A stretch of 40,511 nucleotides of DNA from contig CAYMEV010000013.1 of assembly GCA_964389675.1 (NCBI GenBank), forward strand, positions 62,001 to 102,511. Reading direction: 5' to 3'. The notes beneath the pieces are model-generated. The model saw only the letters and a program-made list of their open reading frames with translations. It was not told the origin of the DNA and searched no databases. The DNA is from an uncultured Candidatus Sumerlaeota bacterium (GTDB lineage: Bacteria; CAYMEV01). Shown piece after piece: positions 27,146 through 36,936 of this stretch; position 1 is the first letter of the stretch, and each line of letters begins with the position of its first letter. The position numbers and the translations under genes are program-made.

Positions 27146-30064
27146 TCAGATTGATATCAACCTGCTGAACATCTCCTTGTTTGCAGTTATCTTTGAGCTG
27201 GATCCGATTATGCATTTATATGAATTCCGGAGAGATTCCCTGATATATGGTGCAAGAGCTACAATATCCTCTGGTTTTGTAGAAAGGATCTCTTCAACCG
27301 TTTTCTGCTTAAAAGCAATGCTCTTTCCTGAAATCAGGTCATTCCTGGCAAGTATTCCCCTGGTGTCTGGATTGAGTAATGGATCGAAACTCGAATAAGC
27401 TCCTATAATGAACTGCAGGAAAAGCTCATCACCAGCACTGAAATTTTCGAGATCATCAGGAAGATTATTATATGCCAGGTATGTCTCTTTTACATTTGGA
27501 TCCCTGTAGCTTCCAAGCAGAAAATCACCTGTAGAGGAATCAATGGAAAAAGCGCTTCCATAAGCGCCACCTATAAGTCTTATATGTTTATAGAGATAAT
27601 CCCGTGCTATATATTTCGAAAGGACTTCCAGGCATCCGTGATATTTCAGGCCTGTTTTGTACAGATTAGCACCTGCATAGGCAAAAACTACCTCTGCAGG
27701 AGTAAGAAATGCCTCGTTTGCTTCAAGAGGCTTAAAATTCTTTTTTTTGTATTGAAAATCCTTATCATCCATGGAATCCAGTAGTGTATCAATATTGTCC
27801 ATGAAAAGGGATGCATTATTCTCCTCGCATATTATATTAATAAGAAGGTTTTTCCTGTTAAACAGCTTTTCTTTTATCCGGAGGAAGCTGGCCTTGAGAG
27901 ATTCTTTTCTGTCAGCGTAATTATTCCTTATATCTTTAAGGTAATCAAATGCGGAATAGCCATATACAGATTCAGCAAGCCTGCCTTTTTCACCAAGATA
28001 AGCCCTGAGCCTGAGAGAAGGGACTTCATCCCCCTCGGAAAGAATTTCCTGCTCTGTTCTGATAAATATCTTATCTATAATATCCTTGATTCTATTTTCA
28101 TCGTCAAAGGTAGTACCTGACAGAATATCAGCCATAAGTTCAATGCTTTTGTTAACAAATCCTGCAGTAGTGCTGAATTTCACCCAGAAATATGTTTTCA
28201 GTTTTTCCGGATTGTCAAATTCGCTGAATACATCGAAATAAGATGATACATTTCCAGTATAGTTGGATTTCAGTATCGAAAGCTCCTCATGGCTCATGGT
28301 TCTTGTCCCGAGATCCGTAAGTACTTTACCGAAGAGCCTTAGAAGGTGAAGCTCGTTCTCATCGAGAGAATCTGCTGAAAAGCCAAGCTCAGCATATATT
28401 ATCCCATTTGTATACAGATCGCTTATGATCGTTGGTATTTCGTTTACTGAACCCACAGCTGGCTTATGGAATCTTATCTCCTTATCTATATCGCTGATTG
28501 TGAGCTTGGGAATGATACTGAGCTCTTTATCAGTTATATTTGTCCCGGATTCTTTCCTCAGGTTCTCCGCTTCTTTGATATGCCTGTCAATATCTTCAGG
28601 AGAGAGGGAAAGCTTTATTTCCTCAAGCCTTTGCTCAAGCTTTTTATTTATCTTGGATGCTTTCTCCGGGTCGGGGACCAGGGTTATAATAGCTGTCCTG
28701 GGATTATTCAGGAGATACTGGTCTATGAGATTTTCAAGCAGCCTTCCGTTCAGGGCTTTTTCCTTAATTTTTTCCAGGATGGGTGACAGCTTAAGAAAAT
28801 CAAATATATTATCAAAATTGTGTATGCACGGGTGGAGAAGAAAGTATCCGTATTCCAGTCCCCTTAAGGATGTGGAGTTTCTTTCCCTTAGATCAAACTC
28901 AAAGCGGTTGACCTCTGAGATTGTGAAAGATTTATCGAAACCCTTTTTTACTAATTTCTCCAGGGTTTTCCTGTAGATCTCCATGAAACTGTCCCTGTTC
29001 TCCCTTTCACTTCCTGAGAGGATGGTCAAAAAAACAGTATTATAGAAGTGTGTGCTGAAATATCCGCCAAAATCATTACATATCCTGGCTTTAATTATTT
29101 CCTCTTTGAGGGGAGATGCATTTGATTTGTGAAGCAGGTTGGAAAGAAGAGAAAATGCTATGGACAGTTCAAGGTCACTCATATCCGATATTATTGAGCC
29201 TATTTCTATGAATGTTTTCTCCCTGGTCGATGAACTGGCATCTATGCTGTATGAATCTTCTGAATAAACAGGTTTTTGAATAAGCCTGCCCTTTTCAATT
29301 TCAATATTATAATCTTTATAGTCAAAATCTGAAAGAAACCTGTCTATAAAGGCCAGTTCCTTTCCCAGTTCAGTATCCCCATAGACATAGATCATGCTGT
29401 TTGACGGATGGTAATACTTATGGTGATAATTGACAAACTGCTCATATGTAAGATCCGGTATTTCAAGAGGGTCACCGCCTGTATTGTAGGAATAGCTTGA
29501 ACCCGGCATTAATGCCTTGGCAAGATTGTTTGACAGAAGCTCATAGGGGTCTGAATAAGCTCCTTTCATCTCATTATACACTATACCATTGAGTTTCAGC
29601 GGTTCATTCCTGTCCTTTATATCAAAATACCAGCCTTCCCTTAAAAATGTATTCTTTGACAGAAGGGGATTCAGTACTGAATCCAGGTATATGTCCATTA
29701 TATTAAAATATTCCTTTTCATTTCTTGTTGAAAATGGGTACATTGTGCTGTCCAGGCCTGTGAATGCATTTAGGAATGTGTTCAGGCCTCCTTTTGCAAT
29801 TTCTGAAAAAACATCCTTAAGAGGGTATTTTCTTGATCCGGATAAGACAGAATGCTCAAGAATATGGGGTACGCCTGTAGAATCCCTTGAAAGGGTCTTG
29901 AAGCTTATGGAAAATGTCTTGTTATTGTCTTTATTCTTGATCGCAATAAGCCTGGCCTTTGTCTTTTCATGAATGAAATAAAATCCTTCGGATTTTATCT
30001 CCTTTATAAATTCCCTGGTTTTTAAGACAAACCCGTTATAGGTCTCCTTTTCTTCATATATCAC
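27146..30064 (-). CDS. Insulinase family M16C metallopeptidase (presequence protease PreP-like)
   Basis: STGVPHILEHSVLSGSRKYP (HxxEH), FLNAFT, GIVYNEMKG, YYHPSN, IRLIGGAYG, SYRDPN. GTG start with AAGGAG SD. Confidence 0.92.
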   Translation of the reverse strand: MIYEEKETYNGFVLKTREFIKEIKSEGFYFIHEKTKARLIAIKNKDNNKTFSISFKTLSRDSTGVPHILEHSVLSGSRKYPLKDVFSEIAKGGLNTFLNAFTGLDSTMYPFSTRNEKEYFNIMDIYLDSVLNPLLSKNTFLREGWYFDIKDRNEPLKLNGIVYNEMKGAYSDPYELLSNNLAKALMPGSSYSYNTGGDPLEIPDLTYEQFVNYHHKYYHPSNSMIYVYGDTELGKELAFIDRFLSDFDYKDYNIEIEKGRLIQKPVYSEDSYSIDASSSTREKTFIEIGSIISDMSDLELSIAFSLLSNLLHKSNASPLKEEIIKARICNDFGGYFSTHFYNTVFLTILSGSERENRDSFMEIYRKTLEKLVKKGFDKSFTISEVNRFEFDLRERNSTSLRGLEYGYFLLHPCIHNFDNIFDFLKLSPILEKIKEKALNGRLLENLIDQYLLNNPRTAIITLVPDPEKASKINKKLEQRLEEIKLSLSPEDIDRHIKEAENLRKESGTNITDKELSIIPKLTISDIDKEIRFHKPAVGSVNEIPTIISDLYTNGIIYAELGFSADSLDENELHLLRLFGKVLTDLGTRTMSHEELSILKSNYTGNVSSYFDVFSEFDNPEKLKTYFWVKFSTTAGFVNKSIELMADILSGTTFDDENRIKDIIDKIFIRTEQEILSEGDEVPSLRLRAYLGEKGRLAESVYGYSAFDYLKDIRNNYADRKESLKASFLRIKEKLFNRKNLLINIICEENNASLFMDNIDTLLDSMDDKDFQYKKKNFKPLEANEAFLTPAEVVFAYAGANLYKTGLKYHGCLEVLSKYIARDYLYKHIRLIGGAYGSAFSIDSSTGDFLLGSYRDPNVKETYLAYNNLPDDLENFSAGDELFLQFIIGAYSSFDPLLNPDTRGILARNDLISGKSIAFKQKTVEEILSTKPEDIVALAPYIRESLRNSYKCIIGSSSKITANKEMFSRLISI

Positions 30065-30237
30065 TTTAAGTTCTCCTTATCCTTTAGATTTTTGCAGGCA
30101 TAATCGATAATATAATAAAATTAGAATCTCAATCAAGGAAAGAATAGCTTCAAACCTGATTATTTTATAAGCTGCAATTCAGGAAATGGTAATGCTTCAT
30201 TACGGATATGTCAAGATATAAGGAATTCTAAAAATCC

Positions 30238-30266
30238 TTGATTTTACAGTGCAAAATTAATATTCT
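30238..30266 (+). promoter_or_regulatory. Candidate sigma70 promoter for the NCS2 permease
   Basis: TTGATT-N17-TATTCT. Confidence 0.45.
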
Positions 30267-30328
30267 TATTATTAGAAGAATAATGGAGCGAATGCAGATG
30301 AGCTTATTAAAAAAAGGCTTTGGCCTGT

Positions 30329-31654
30329 ATGATTGACAGGTTTTTCAGACTCAGAGACAATAATACCACTGTTTTTGCTGAATTTGATGCGGCATTAGCC
30401 ACCTTCATGACCATGTCATATATCATATTTGTTAATCCCATGATTCTTGCCACTACCGGTATGGATAAGGAATCAGTAATGGTCGCAACCTGTGTGTCCT
30501 CAGCAATAGCTACTATTATAATGGGTATTTATGCAAATTACCCGATAGCTCTTGCACCGGGGATGGGCATAAATGCATATTTTGCATTCATAGCTGTTCC
30601 ATTTGTTCAAAAAAGGCTGGTCGAGCTTGGAATATCGGATATGCATAATGCCTGGCATATTGGACTTACGGCAGTACTTGTGTCCGGAACATTGTTTTTG
30701 ATATTTACCCTCTTTAATATAAGAGAGATGCTGATGTATTCCATTCCTGATTCCATTAAATTCGGGATTGCAAGCGGGATCGGTATCATGATTGCATTTC
30801 TGGGATTCATTGATGCCGGCCTTATAAAGGGAGATCCATCCACACTGGTTACTATAGGCAATATTACAGGATTTAAGGCGGTTGCATCTCTTCTGGGTTT
30901 ATTCCTGATTGCTGTTCTGCTTGCAAAAAAGGTTAAGGGTGCAATCCTGATTGGGATCTTCTTTGTAGCTATAATAGGCATTGTTTTTGATGAGGCTCAG
31001 GTGCCTGAAAAGCTGGTCGCATTGCCCGATATATCACCGACAATGTTTAAGTTTGACTTTTCGGGTCTCTTTAAGGTCGGTGTCATTGATGTTATATTTG
31101 TTTTTCTGTTCATGGACCTGCTTGATACCCTTGGGAGCATAATAGGCATAGGGGAGCAGGGGGGGTTTATTAAGGGGAATAAATTCCCCAGAGTAAACAG
31201 GGTGATGACTGCAGATGCAGTTGGGACGGTAATTGGAGCCTGTACCGGAACCTCCACAGTAACAACCTATATAGAGTCATCGGCCGGGGTAGCTGAAGGA
31301 GGGAAAACAGGGCTTGTTTCAATTTTTGTCGCATTATTCTTTCTGGTTGCGATATTCTTTTCCCCATTAATATCGATCCTTCCAGACTATGCTACTGCCC
31401 CGGCACTTATTGTTGTTGGAAGCTTCATGATTGCAACGCTTAAAAAAATTGCCTGGGATGACCCTACAGAATCTATTCCGGCTTTCCTTGTCATGATAGG
31501 CATACCGCTGACATTCAGTATTGCAAACGGTATTGCAATGGGTTTTATCTCTTTTTGCCTGATAAAGGCTTTCACAGGGAGAATAAAGGATATTAAGCCA
31601 TTGACAGCAATTCTTACAATTCTTCTGATCGCAAAATTCATATTTATAGGATAG
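30329..31654 (+). CDS. NCS2/AzgA family purine (adenine/guanine/hypoxanthine) permease
   Basis: TFMTMSYIIFVNP, ALAPGMGINAYF, TTYIESSAGVAEGGKTG, ATAPAL, PLTFSIANG. Confidence 0.93.
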   Translation: MIDRFFRLRDNNTTVFAEFDAALATFMTMSYIIFVNPMILATTGMDKESVMVATCVSSAIATIIMGIYANYPIALAPGMGINAYFAFIAVPFVQKRLVELGISDMHNAWHIGLTAVLVSGTLFLIFTLFNIREMLMYSIPDSIKFGIASGIGIMIAFLGFIDAGLIKGDPSTLVTIGNITGFKAVASLLGLFLIAVLLAKKVKGAILIGIFFVAIIGIVFDEAQVPEKLVALPDISPTMFKFDFSGLFKVGVIDVIFVFLFMDLLDTLGSIIGIGEQGGFIKGNKFPRVNRVMTADAVGTVIGACTGTSTVTTYIESSAGVAEGGKTGLVSIFVALFFLVAIFFSPLISILPDYATAPALIVVGSFMIATLKKIAWDDPTESIPAFLVMIGIPLTFSIANGIAMGFISFCLIKAFTGRIKDIKPLTAILTILLIAKFIFIG

Positions 31655-31666
31655 GCAGTGTCGTTA

Positions 31667-32752
31667 TCAGTATCTAAGCACTGCAGCAATCCGCTGATAT
31701 GATCCCAGTGAACCGTCATCCATAAAATAGACCTTGCCGCCTTTTTCAATTGCTTTTTCTATGAGGTTATCTACTGCATCATCCATTGTGCCGGGTGATT
31801 TAGTATTTTCCTGCTTTATAAGGCGGCGGCCATCAGCAGAAAGTGCAGCGGGATAATGAAATCCTTCTTCCACGAGAAGAGTATCGCATCTTCCTTCCAA
31901 TGTAAATCGCCATACTTCATCGATCCCGGATGTTGCTCTCTGTGCACTGACTGCATTCTTCAGCTTTTCAAGAAGCTCGTTTCTCCTCTTTTTAATATGT
32001 CTTGATACTACAGGCCAGATCAGCCTGGAAAGGTCATGTTCATTTGCCCTGTCATAATTTCCTTTAATTTCCCCTATAATGATCTCCTTATTGCCAGTTA
32101 CCTCATTATAGAATGCCAGGTCCCGTTCAACACCCAAAAGTATTAAAGGAAGCTTTTCTTCATTGTAGATATTAAAAAATGCCCTTTCAACCTTTCTGAA
32201 AAACATTCTGTGATGCTCATCCCGGAATGAAGATTTGTTGGTTGCAAGCTCCCCCGGAAGCGGGGCAGATTCAGCAGGATTTTCATATTCTAAAGGGAAT
32301 ATGCCATTTTTTATTTCAGTCAGCTTTTCATGAAAACCCTCAAATAACCTTGTAGGCTTTTCACTCAGGACAAGGACATAATAACGAGGGCTCCTGTTTA
32401 TTGCAAAGACAATATCTCTTGTAAGGAATGTACTATCTATTGACACCTGTTCCTTGACAGTAAAGGGCAGAAGAAATTTGGATGAGTAGTCCTTATTGAT
32501 AAAAATTGCAAGGCCGTCCAGATTATATATGTGATTATGCTCCGATGTCAGGCTGTGCAGCCTGTCAATTATCGGCTGAGATTCATTTTTCGGAAATTCG
32601 CCCTGAAGCCTGTTTACGAGCTCCCTGACCAGGTTATTAAGCCTGATTGAATCCTGCCTGTTTTCAGGAAAAGTCCTGTGTGTGGGGAAAAGTATCGATA
32701 CAGATGGGTATGCCTTGCATGAGATTAACTCTGTCAGATCCTTTCTATTCAT
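31667..32752 (-). CDS. baeRF3-type bacterial aeRF1/pelota-like protein
   Basis: PSVSILFPTHRTFPENRQDSIRLNNL, GLAIF, YYVLVLSE, PLILLG, GRCDTLLVE, DAVDNLIE, terminal IAAVLRY. Confidence 0.8.
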   Translation of the reverse strand: MNRKDLTELISCKAYPSVSILFPTHRTFPENRQDSIRLNNLVRELVNRLQGEFPKNESQPIIDRLHSLTSEHNHIYNLDGLAIFINKDYSSKFLLPFTVKEQVSIDSTFLTRDIVFAINRSPRYYVLVLSEKPTRLFEGFHEKLTEIKNGIFPLEYENPAESAPLPGELATNKSSFRDEHHRMFFRKVERAFFNIYNEEKLPLILLGVERDLAFYNEVTGNKEIIIGEIKGNYDRANEHDLSRLIWPVVSRHIKKRRNELLEKLKNAVSAQRATSGIDEVWRFTLEGRCDTLLVEEGFHYPAALSADGRRLIKQENTKSPGTMDDAVDNLIEKAIEKGGKVYFMDDGSLGSYQRIAAVLRY

Positions 32753-32847
32753 TATAACAGCTCCTTTATGAGGATATTATTTTCAGGTATCTTATAAACA
32801 AAGATTGCATTGCCATAAAAATAGAATTATATATAAAAATATACAAT

Positions 32848-32861
32848 AATATCATGATATT
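32848..32861. promoter_or_regulatory. Perfect 14-bp palindrome, candidate operator
   Basis: AATATCATGATATT between the divergent baeRF3 and prsW genes. Confidence 0.35.
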
Positions 32862-32887
32862 GTTCAAATATTATTAGGAGACTCTAT

Positions 32888-33856
32888 ATGGAAATGATTT
32901 TTCTCTTGCTGCTTTCAATCGTACCCGGCTTATTTCTGATGGGGATAGTAATATATATGGACAGGCAGGAAAAGGAACCGATGAGAATGATAATGCTTGC
33001 TTTTATACTGGGGGTATTAAGCACCATTCCTGCTATAATTATTGAGCTTGCTTTATCAATAATACCAATTTTCAGTATTCCAGGCATAGCAGGGGCATTT
33101 TTCTCCTCTTTTATACAGGTGGCTCCTGTAGAGGAACTGTCAAAGCTGGGAGTGATACTGCTTTTTATATACAATAACAGGGAATTTAATGAAGAAAACG
33201 ACGGTATTGTTTATGTAGCAATTAGCGCCCTCGGTTTTGCAGTCTTTGAGAATATCTTTTATGTTTTTCAGTATGGTTATGAAATTGGTATTCTCAGGGC
33301 AGTTACAGCAATTCCGATCCACTGTTTTACCGGTATTATTATGGGCTATTTTGTGGGCCTTTCAAAGTTTGCAGAGAACAGAGATGCAAGGAAGGGGAAA
33401 ATAATTAAAGGATTCATGATTGCATACATAATACATGCCTTTTATAATACCTGCGCTCTATCAGGCACCTATATCGCCATTCTTATTCTCCCCACAGTTA
33501 TTGCTACAATTATTACAGGAGTAATATTGCTCAGAAAGGGAAGGATGCTTTCAATAAAAAGATGGCATGAAAATCCAGAGCTGATATATACAGCGGAAAA
33601 AAAAGCAGGCAGATGGAAAATATATATATCGCGTACAGGCTTTGTTCTGATAGCATTGTTCTGGATTCTCCTTGCAGCGGGATATGCCACTCTAGAATCC
33701 AGCCCTGGTATCAGCCTTGCAGGCGTCCTTGCCGGCGGGGTCTTTCTGAGCATTTTTCCATTCATGATATCCCTTGTTCTCGAACTATCATACAGAAAGG
33801 GCAAGAAAAGGGCCCTTAAAGCAGATAGAAGCATTGATGCAGTCAAAAATGCTTAA
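32888..33856 (+). CDS. prsW: PrsW family intramembrane protease
   Basis: DRQEKEP, APVEELSK, DGIVY, GFAVFENIFY, PIH, HAFYN; two extra C-terminal TMs. Confidence 0.85.
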   Translation: MEMIFLLLLSIVPGLFLMGIVIYMDRQEKEPMRMIMLAFILGVLSTIPAIIIELALSIIPIFSIPGIAGAFFSSFIQVAPVEELSKLGVILLFIYNNREFNEENDGIVYVAISALGFAVFENIFYVFQYGYEIGILRAVTAIPIHCFTGIIMGYFVGLSKFAENRDARKGKIIKGFMIAYIIHAFYNTCALSGTYIAILILPTVIATIITGVILLRKGRMLSIKRWHENPELIYTAEKKAGRWKIYISRTGFVLIALFWILLAAGYATLESSPGISLAGVLAGGVFLSIFPFMISLVLELSYRKGKKRALKADRSIDAVKNA

Positions 33857-33949
33857 TAAGCATGAATCTGGTTTTGATACTTAATTAATTTGACATTGCA
33901 GGGTCAGTTTGCTTAAATCATCACATAACAAAATAAAGGGGGCAGTCTT

Positions 33950-35182
33950 ATGATAGATATTCTTAAGGGCTGGCTGGTCAGCAGTGGTGTGCCTGGTCTA
34001 TGGGCCTATTATCTGGCAGTGGCTATACTTCTGGTTAATATAGGGTTTATTGTAATAGTCGTAAACTGGATTACCAAAAAGATCATTTTAAGGATCCTTT
34101 ACATATTTGTGAAAAAAAGCAAAACAAAATGGGATGATGTGCTCAATGAAAAGCGCTTTTTTCACCGAATATCCCACATTTTTCCGGCAATTGTAATATT
34201 TGCTTTTGCAAGCGCTTTCGGGCAATACCAGGAGCTTATTCAAAGGCTTGTAATGGCTTACTTTGCAGTTCTTGGATACCTTATCATATCATCTTTCCTT
34301 GATTCTGTTGATGCAATCTACAGGACATATAAGGTATCGAAGGAAAAGCCAATAAAGAGCTACCTGCAGGTAGTGAAGATCTTTATTGCAATACTTGTAA
34401 TAATAATTGCAATAGCAACGATCCTTAACAGGTCCCCCTGGGGATTGCTGAGCGGCCTGGGGGCCATGACCGCAATAATCCTGCTGATATTTAAGGACAG
34501 CATACTGGGTCTTGTTGCAGGGGTACAGCTGTCTGCAAATAATATGCTGCATATAGGTGACTGGATAGATGTTCCCCAGTACGGTGCTGATGGTGATGTT
34601 ATCGAGATAACTTTAAATACTGTTAAGGTTCAGAACTGGGACAGGACAATCACAACAATCCCGACCTATGCTCTGGTCTCAGGGTCGTTCAAAAACTGGA
34701 AGGGAATGGAATTGAGCAGGGGGAGAAGGATCAAGAGGTCTATTTTCATTGATATAAACAGCATAAGGTTCTGTACAAAAGAGATGATAGATAAATTCGA
34801 AAAGATAGAATATATAACTGATTATATAAAAAGAAAACAAAAAGAGCTGGAGGAGCATAATACCAGCCTAAAGGCAGATCTGTCCGTCATGGTGAACGGA
34901 AGGCACCTGACCAATATTGGTACATTCAGGGCATATATTTACAATTATATCCAGAATCATCCGAAGATAAAGAAAGAGGATACTATCCTCATAAGACAGC
35001 TTCAACCAGGAGAGAACGGGCTTCCGATTGAGATCTATGCATTTTCAAATGATATTCGGTGGGCTAACTATGAAGCTATACAGGCTGATATTTTTGACCA
35101 TATTCTTGCAATAGTGCCTGAATTTGACCTCAGCGTCTTCCAGAACCCGTCAGGAAGGGACTTTAGCAAATTTATCAGCTGA
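33950..35182 (+). CDS. Miniconductance mechanosensitive channel (YbdG-like MscS family)
   Basis: LSGLGAMTAIILLIFKDSILGLVAGVQL, GDWIDVPQYGADGDV, VQNWDRTITTIPTY, GRRIKRS, TNIGTFRAY, FQNPSG. Confidence 0.92.
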   Translation: MIDILKGWLVSSGVPGLWAYYLAVAILLVNIGFIVIVVNWITKKIILRILYIFVKKSKTKWDDVLNEKRFFHRISHIFPAIVIFAFASAFGQYQELIQRLVMAYFAVLGYLIISSFLDSVDAIYRTYKVSKEKPIKSYLQVVKIFIAILVIIIAIATILNRSPWGLLSGLGAMTAIILLIFKDSILGLVAGVQLSANNMLHIGDWIDVPQYGADGDVIEITLNTVKVQNWDRTITTIPTYALVSGSFKNWKGMELSRGRRIKRSIFIDINSIRFCTKEMIDKFEKIEYITDYIKRKQKELEEHNTSLKADLSVMVNGRHLTNIGTFRAYIYNYIQNHPKIKKEDTILIRQLQPGENGLPIEIYAFSNDIRWANYEAIQADIFDHILAIVPEFDLSVFQNPSGRDFSKFIS

Positions 35183-35242
35183 TCCCGTATATGCGTATTT
35201 TCGCATTTGTTGATTTAACTGTAATTAACGGAGTTATTATTC

Positions 35243-36223
35243 ATGGGCTTCAGGATAGATGATTTCCTTAAGGCTGTTGATTCAGGCAATCTTAATATAA
35301 ACACCTCTATACTGAAGGATATGCTTGAGATACTCCCTGAAGCAGAAAAACCGGTTGTCATTTTTCCATTCAATAATTACAGCAAATATCTCTTTAACAT
35401 TTACCATGAAGACATCGCAGGCATTATGGATGATGATAAACCCGGCTGGAGCTACAGGGGAAATAAGATAATCTCTCTGGATCAGTCCATGAAATTGAAT
35501 GCCGGAAGCTTTTTTTGCTGCAGTGTGCAGTTTAATAATGAATTAACAGGTTCAATAAAGGCTCATAGATTGTTCAAAAATCAAAAGATCTACTATTTTC
35601 CAGCCCTGGATAAGTACAAGAAGGAAAAAGATCCCTATAAAGATCTGCAATTTTACAGCCATCTGCAAAAAGAGATGGATTATCAAGAAATTGTAACAAT
35701 GCTTGACCCGGGAAAGCTGTTTACACTTCTTGAGATGCTTAAGGCATGCAAAAGCATTGAAGGCGATATTCTGGAATACGGCGTATGGCTTGGGGGCAGT
35801 GCCTTTGCTATAGCAAAGGCACTGAAGCATAATGCTATTGATAAGGATCTTATACTCGTAGACAGGTTTGAGGAATCTGATCAAAATAGTGCATATTCTG
35901 TTATGTGCATTGATGAGATAAGGCACAACCTGTCATTTTTTGACAGAATTAAGATTGTTCAGACTGATTTTGAAAAAGACCCGGCTTTTTTTGATGGTCT
36001 AAAATTTGCATTTATTCACTATGATGCACCCTATAATGAGGGTGTGCTCATGCATCTCCATAAATCCCTTTCCGCAGGGGGTATAATGATAATAGACAAT
36101 TACAATAATACTATTGGCAATTATGCTTTGTATGACAGATGGTTCAGCCTGAATACGCCATCCAAACCGATTTTTTCCTCTGTTAATATCAATCAGGGTA
36201 TTTTTATAAAAAATTTTGTTTAA
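35243..36223 (+). CDS. TylF/MycF/NovP-like SAM-dependent O-methyltransferase with an N-terminal extra domain
   Basis: IEGDILEYGVWLGGS, LVDRFE, FAFIHYD, LSAGGIMIIDNY. Confidence 0.7.
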   Translation: MGFRIDDFLKAVDSGNLNINTSILKDMLEILPEAEKPVVIFPFNNYSKYLFNIYHEDIAGIMDDDKPGWSYRGNKIISLDQSMKLNAGSFFCCSVQFNNELTGSIKAHRLFKNQKIYYFPALDKYKKEKDPYKDLQFYSHLQKEMDYQEIVTMLDPGKLFTLLEMLKACKSIEGDILEYGVWLGGSAFAIAKALKHNAIDKDLILVDRFEESDQNSAYSVMCIDEIRHNLSFFDRIKIVQTDFEKDPAFFDGLKFAFIHYDAPYNEGVLMHLHKSLSAGGIMIIDNYNNTIGNYALYDRWFSLNTPSKPIFSSVNINQGIFIKNFV

Positions 36224-36278
36224 ACCATTTTAAGCTTTCTCATGTCTATAGAATCAGAAAAAAAACAGGAGGAGACAA

Positions 36279-36875
36279 ATGAAAAGGTATCTGACATTAT
36301 TAGGTGTTTTGGCGGTGGTACTTGCTATATCTGCAGGGTATATATATGCTCAGGAGCAGAGGCATGAATGCAAAAATGAGCATAATGAGGGTATACATCA
36401 TATGAGAAAAGGCCCAGGTGAGCATATGGGCATGAGAGATGGTGTCGGCCCGATAAATTTTGCAATGATAGAAAGGATGAAGACTGTCCTTGAATTGACG
36501 GAAGAGCAGATTGAAAACCTCAAAAAGCTTAAGAACAGTGCTAAAGAAGCTGTTGAACCATTAATGGAAATGAAAAGGAAATTTAATGAAGAGCTCAGGG
36601 ATGAACTGAAAAAGGAAATACTTGATGAGGCAAAGATAAAGGAGCTTGCTGCGAAAATTAAAGATGCTCAGTCTGAGATGTTCGATCAGATGATCAAAGA
36701 TATTACTGATGCAAGGAAGATCCTGACATCAGAGCAAATGAAAAAGCTTGAAGAGATCCGAGAGATCATGCGTGAGAGAAAGGATGTCCTCAGGGAAAGA
36801 AATGAAATCAGGCAGCAGAGAAGGATGGAGGAGAAGGAACAGAGAGGAAACTGCCCTAAACCTAAACCTGAATAA
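36279..36875 (+). CDS. Spy/CpxP family periplasmic protein
   Basis: Signal peptide, His/Met-rich segment, and LTEEQ and LTSEQ (two LTxxQ motifs); AGGAGG SD. Confidence 0.85.
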   Translation: MKRYLTLLGVLAVVLAISAGYIYAQEQRHECKNEHNEGIHHMRKGPGEHMGMRDGVGPINFAMIERMKTVLELTEEQIENLKKLKNSAKEAVEPLMEMKRKFNEELRDELKKEILDEAKIKELAAKIKDAQSEMFDQMIKDITDARKILTSEQMKKLEEIREIMRERKDVLRERNEIRQQRRMEEKEQRGNCPKPKPE

Positions 36876-36894
36876 TCCTGCGGATCTGCAGAGG

Positions 36895-36925
36895 AAAGGC
36901 AGGGGCATGCCCCTGCCTTTTTTTT
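36895..36925 (+). terminator. Rho-independent terminator between convergent genes
   Basis: Perfect inverted repeat AAAGGCAGGGGC-AT-GCCCCTGCCTTT (36895-36920) running into a T8 tract. Confidence 0.85.
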
Positions 36926-36936
36926 ATTGTTAGGCT

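Noticed and set aside
30065-30328. Purine riboswitch upstream of the NCS2 permease
   Set aside because: An ATAATCG is present, but the GATATGG loop, TTTCTACC junction and CCGTAAA loop are absent.
33891-33906. TGAC-N8-GTCA inverted repeat over a TTGACA upstream of the MscS gene
   Set aside because: Only 4-bp arms and no convincing -10 at canonical spacing.
36895-36920. 26-bp perfect palindrome as a REP or mobile-element end
   Set aside because: Single copy in the window, fully explained as a terminator between convergent genes.
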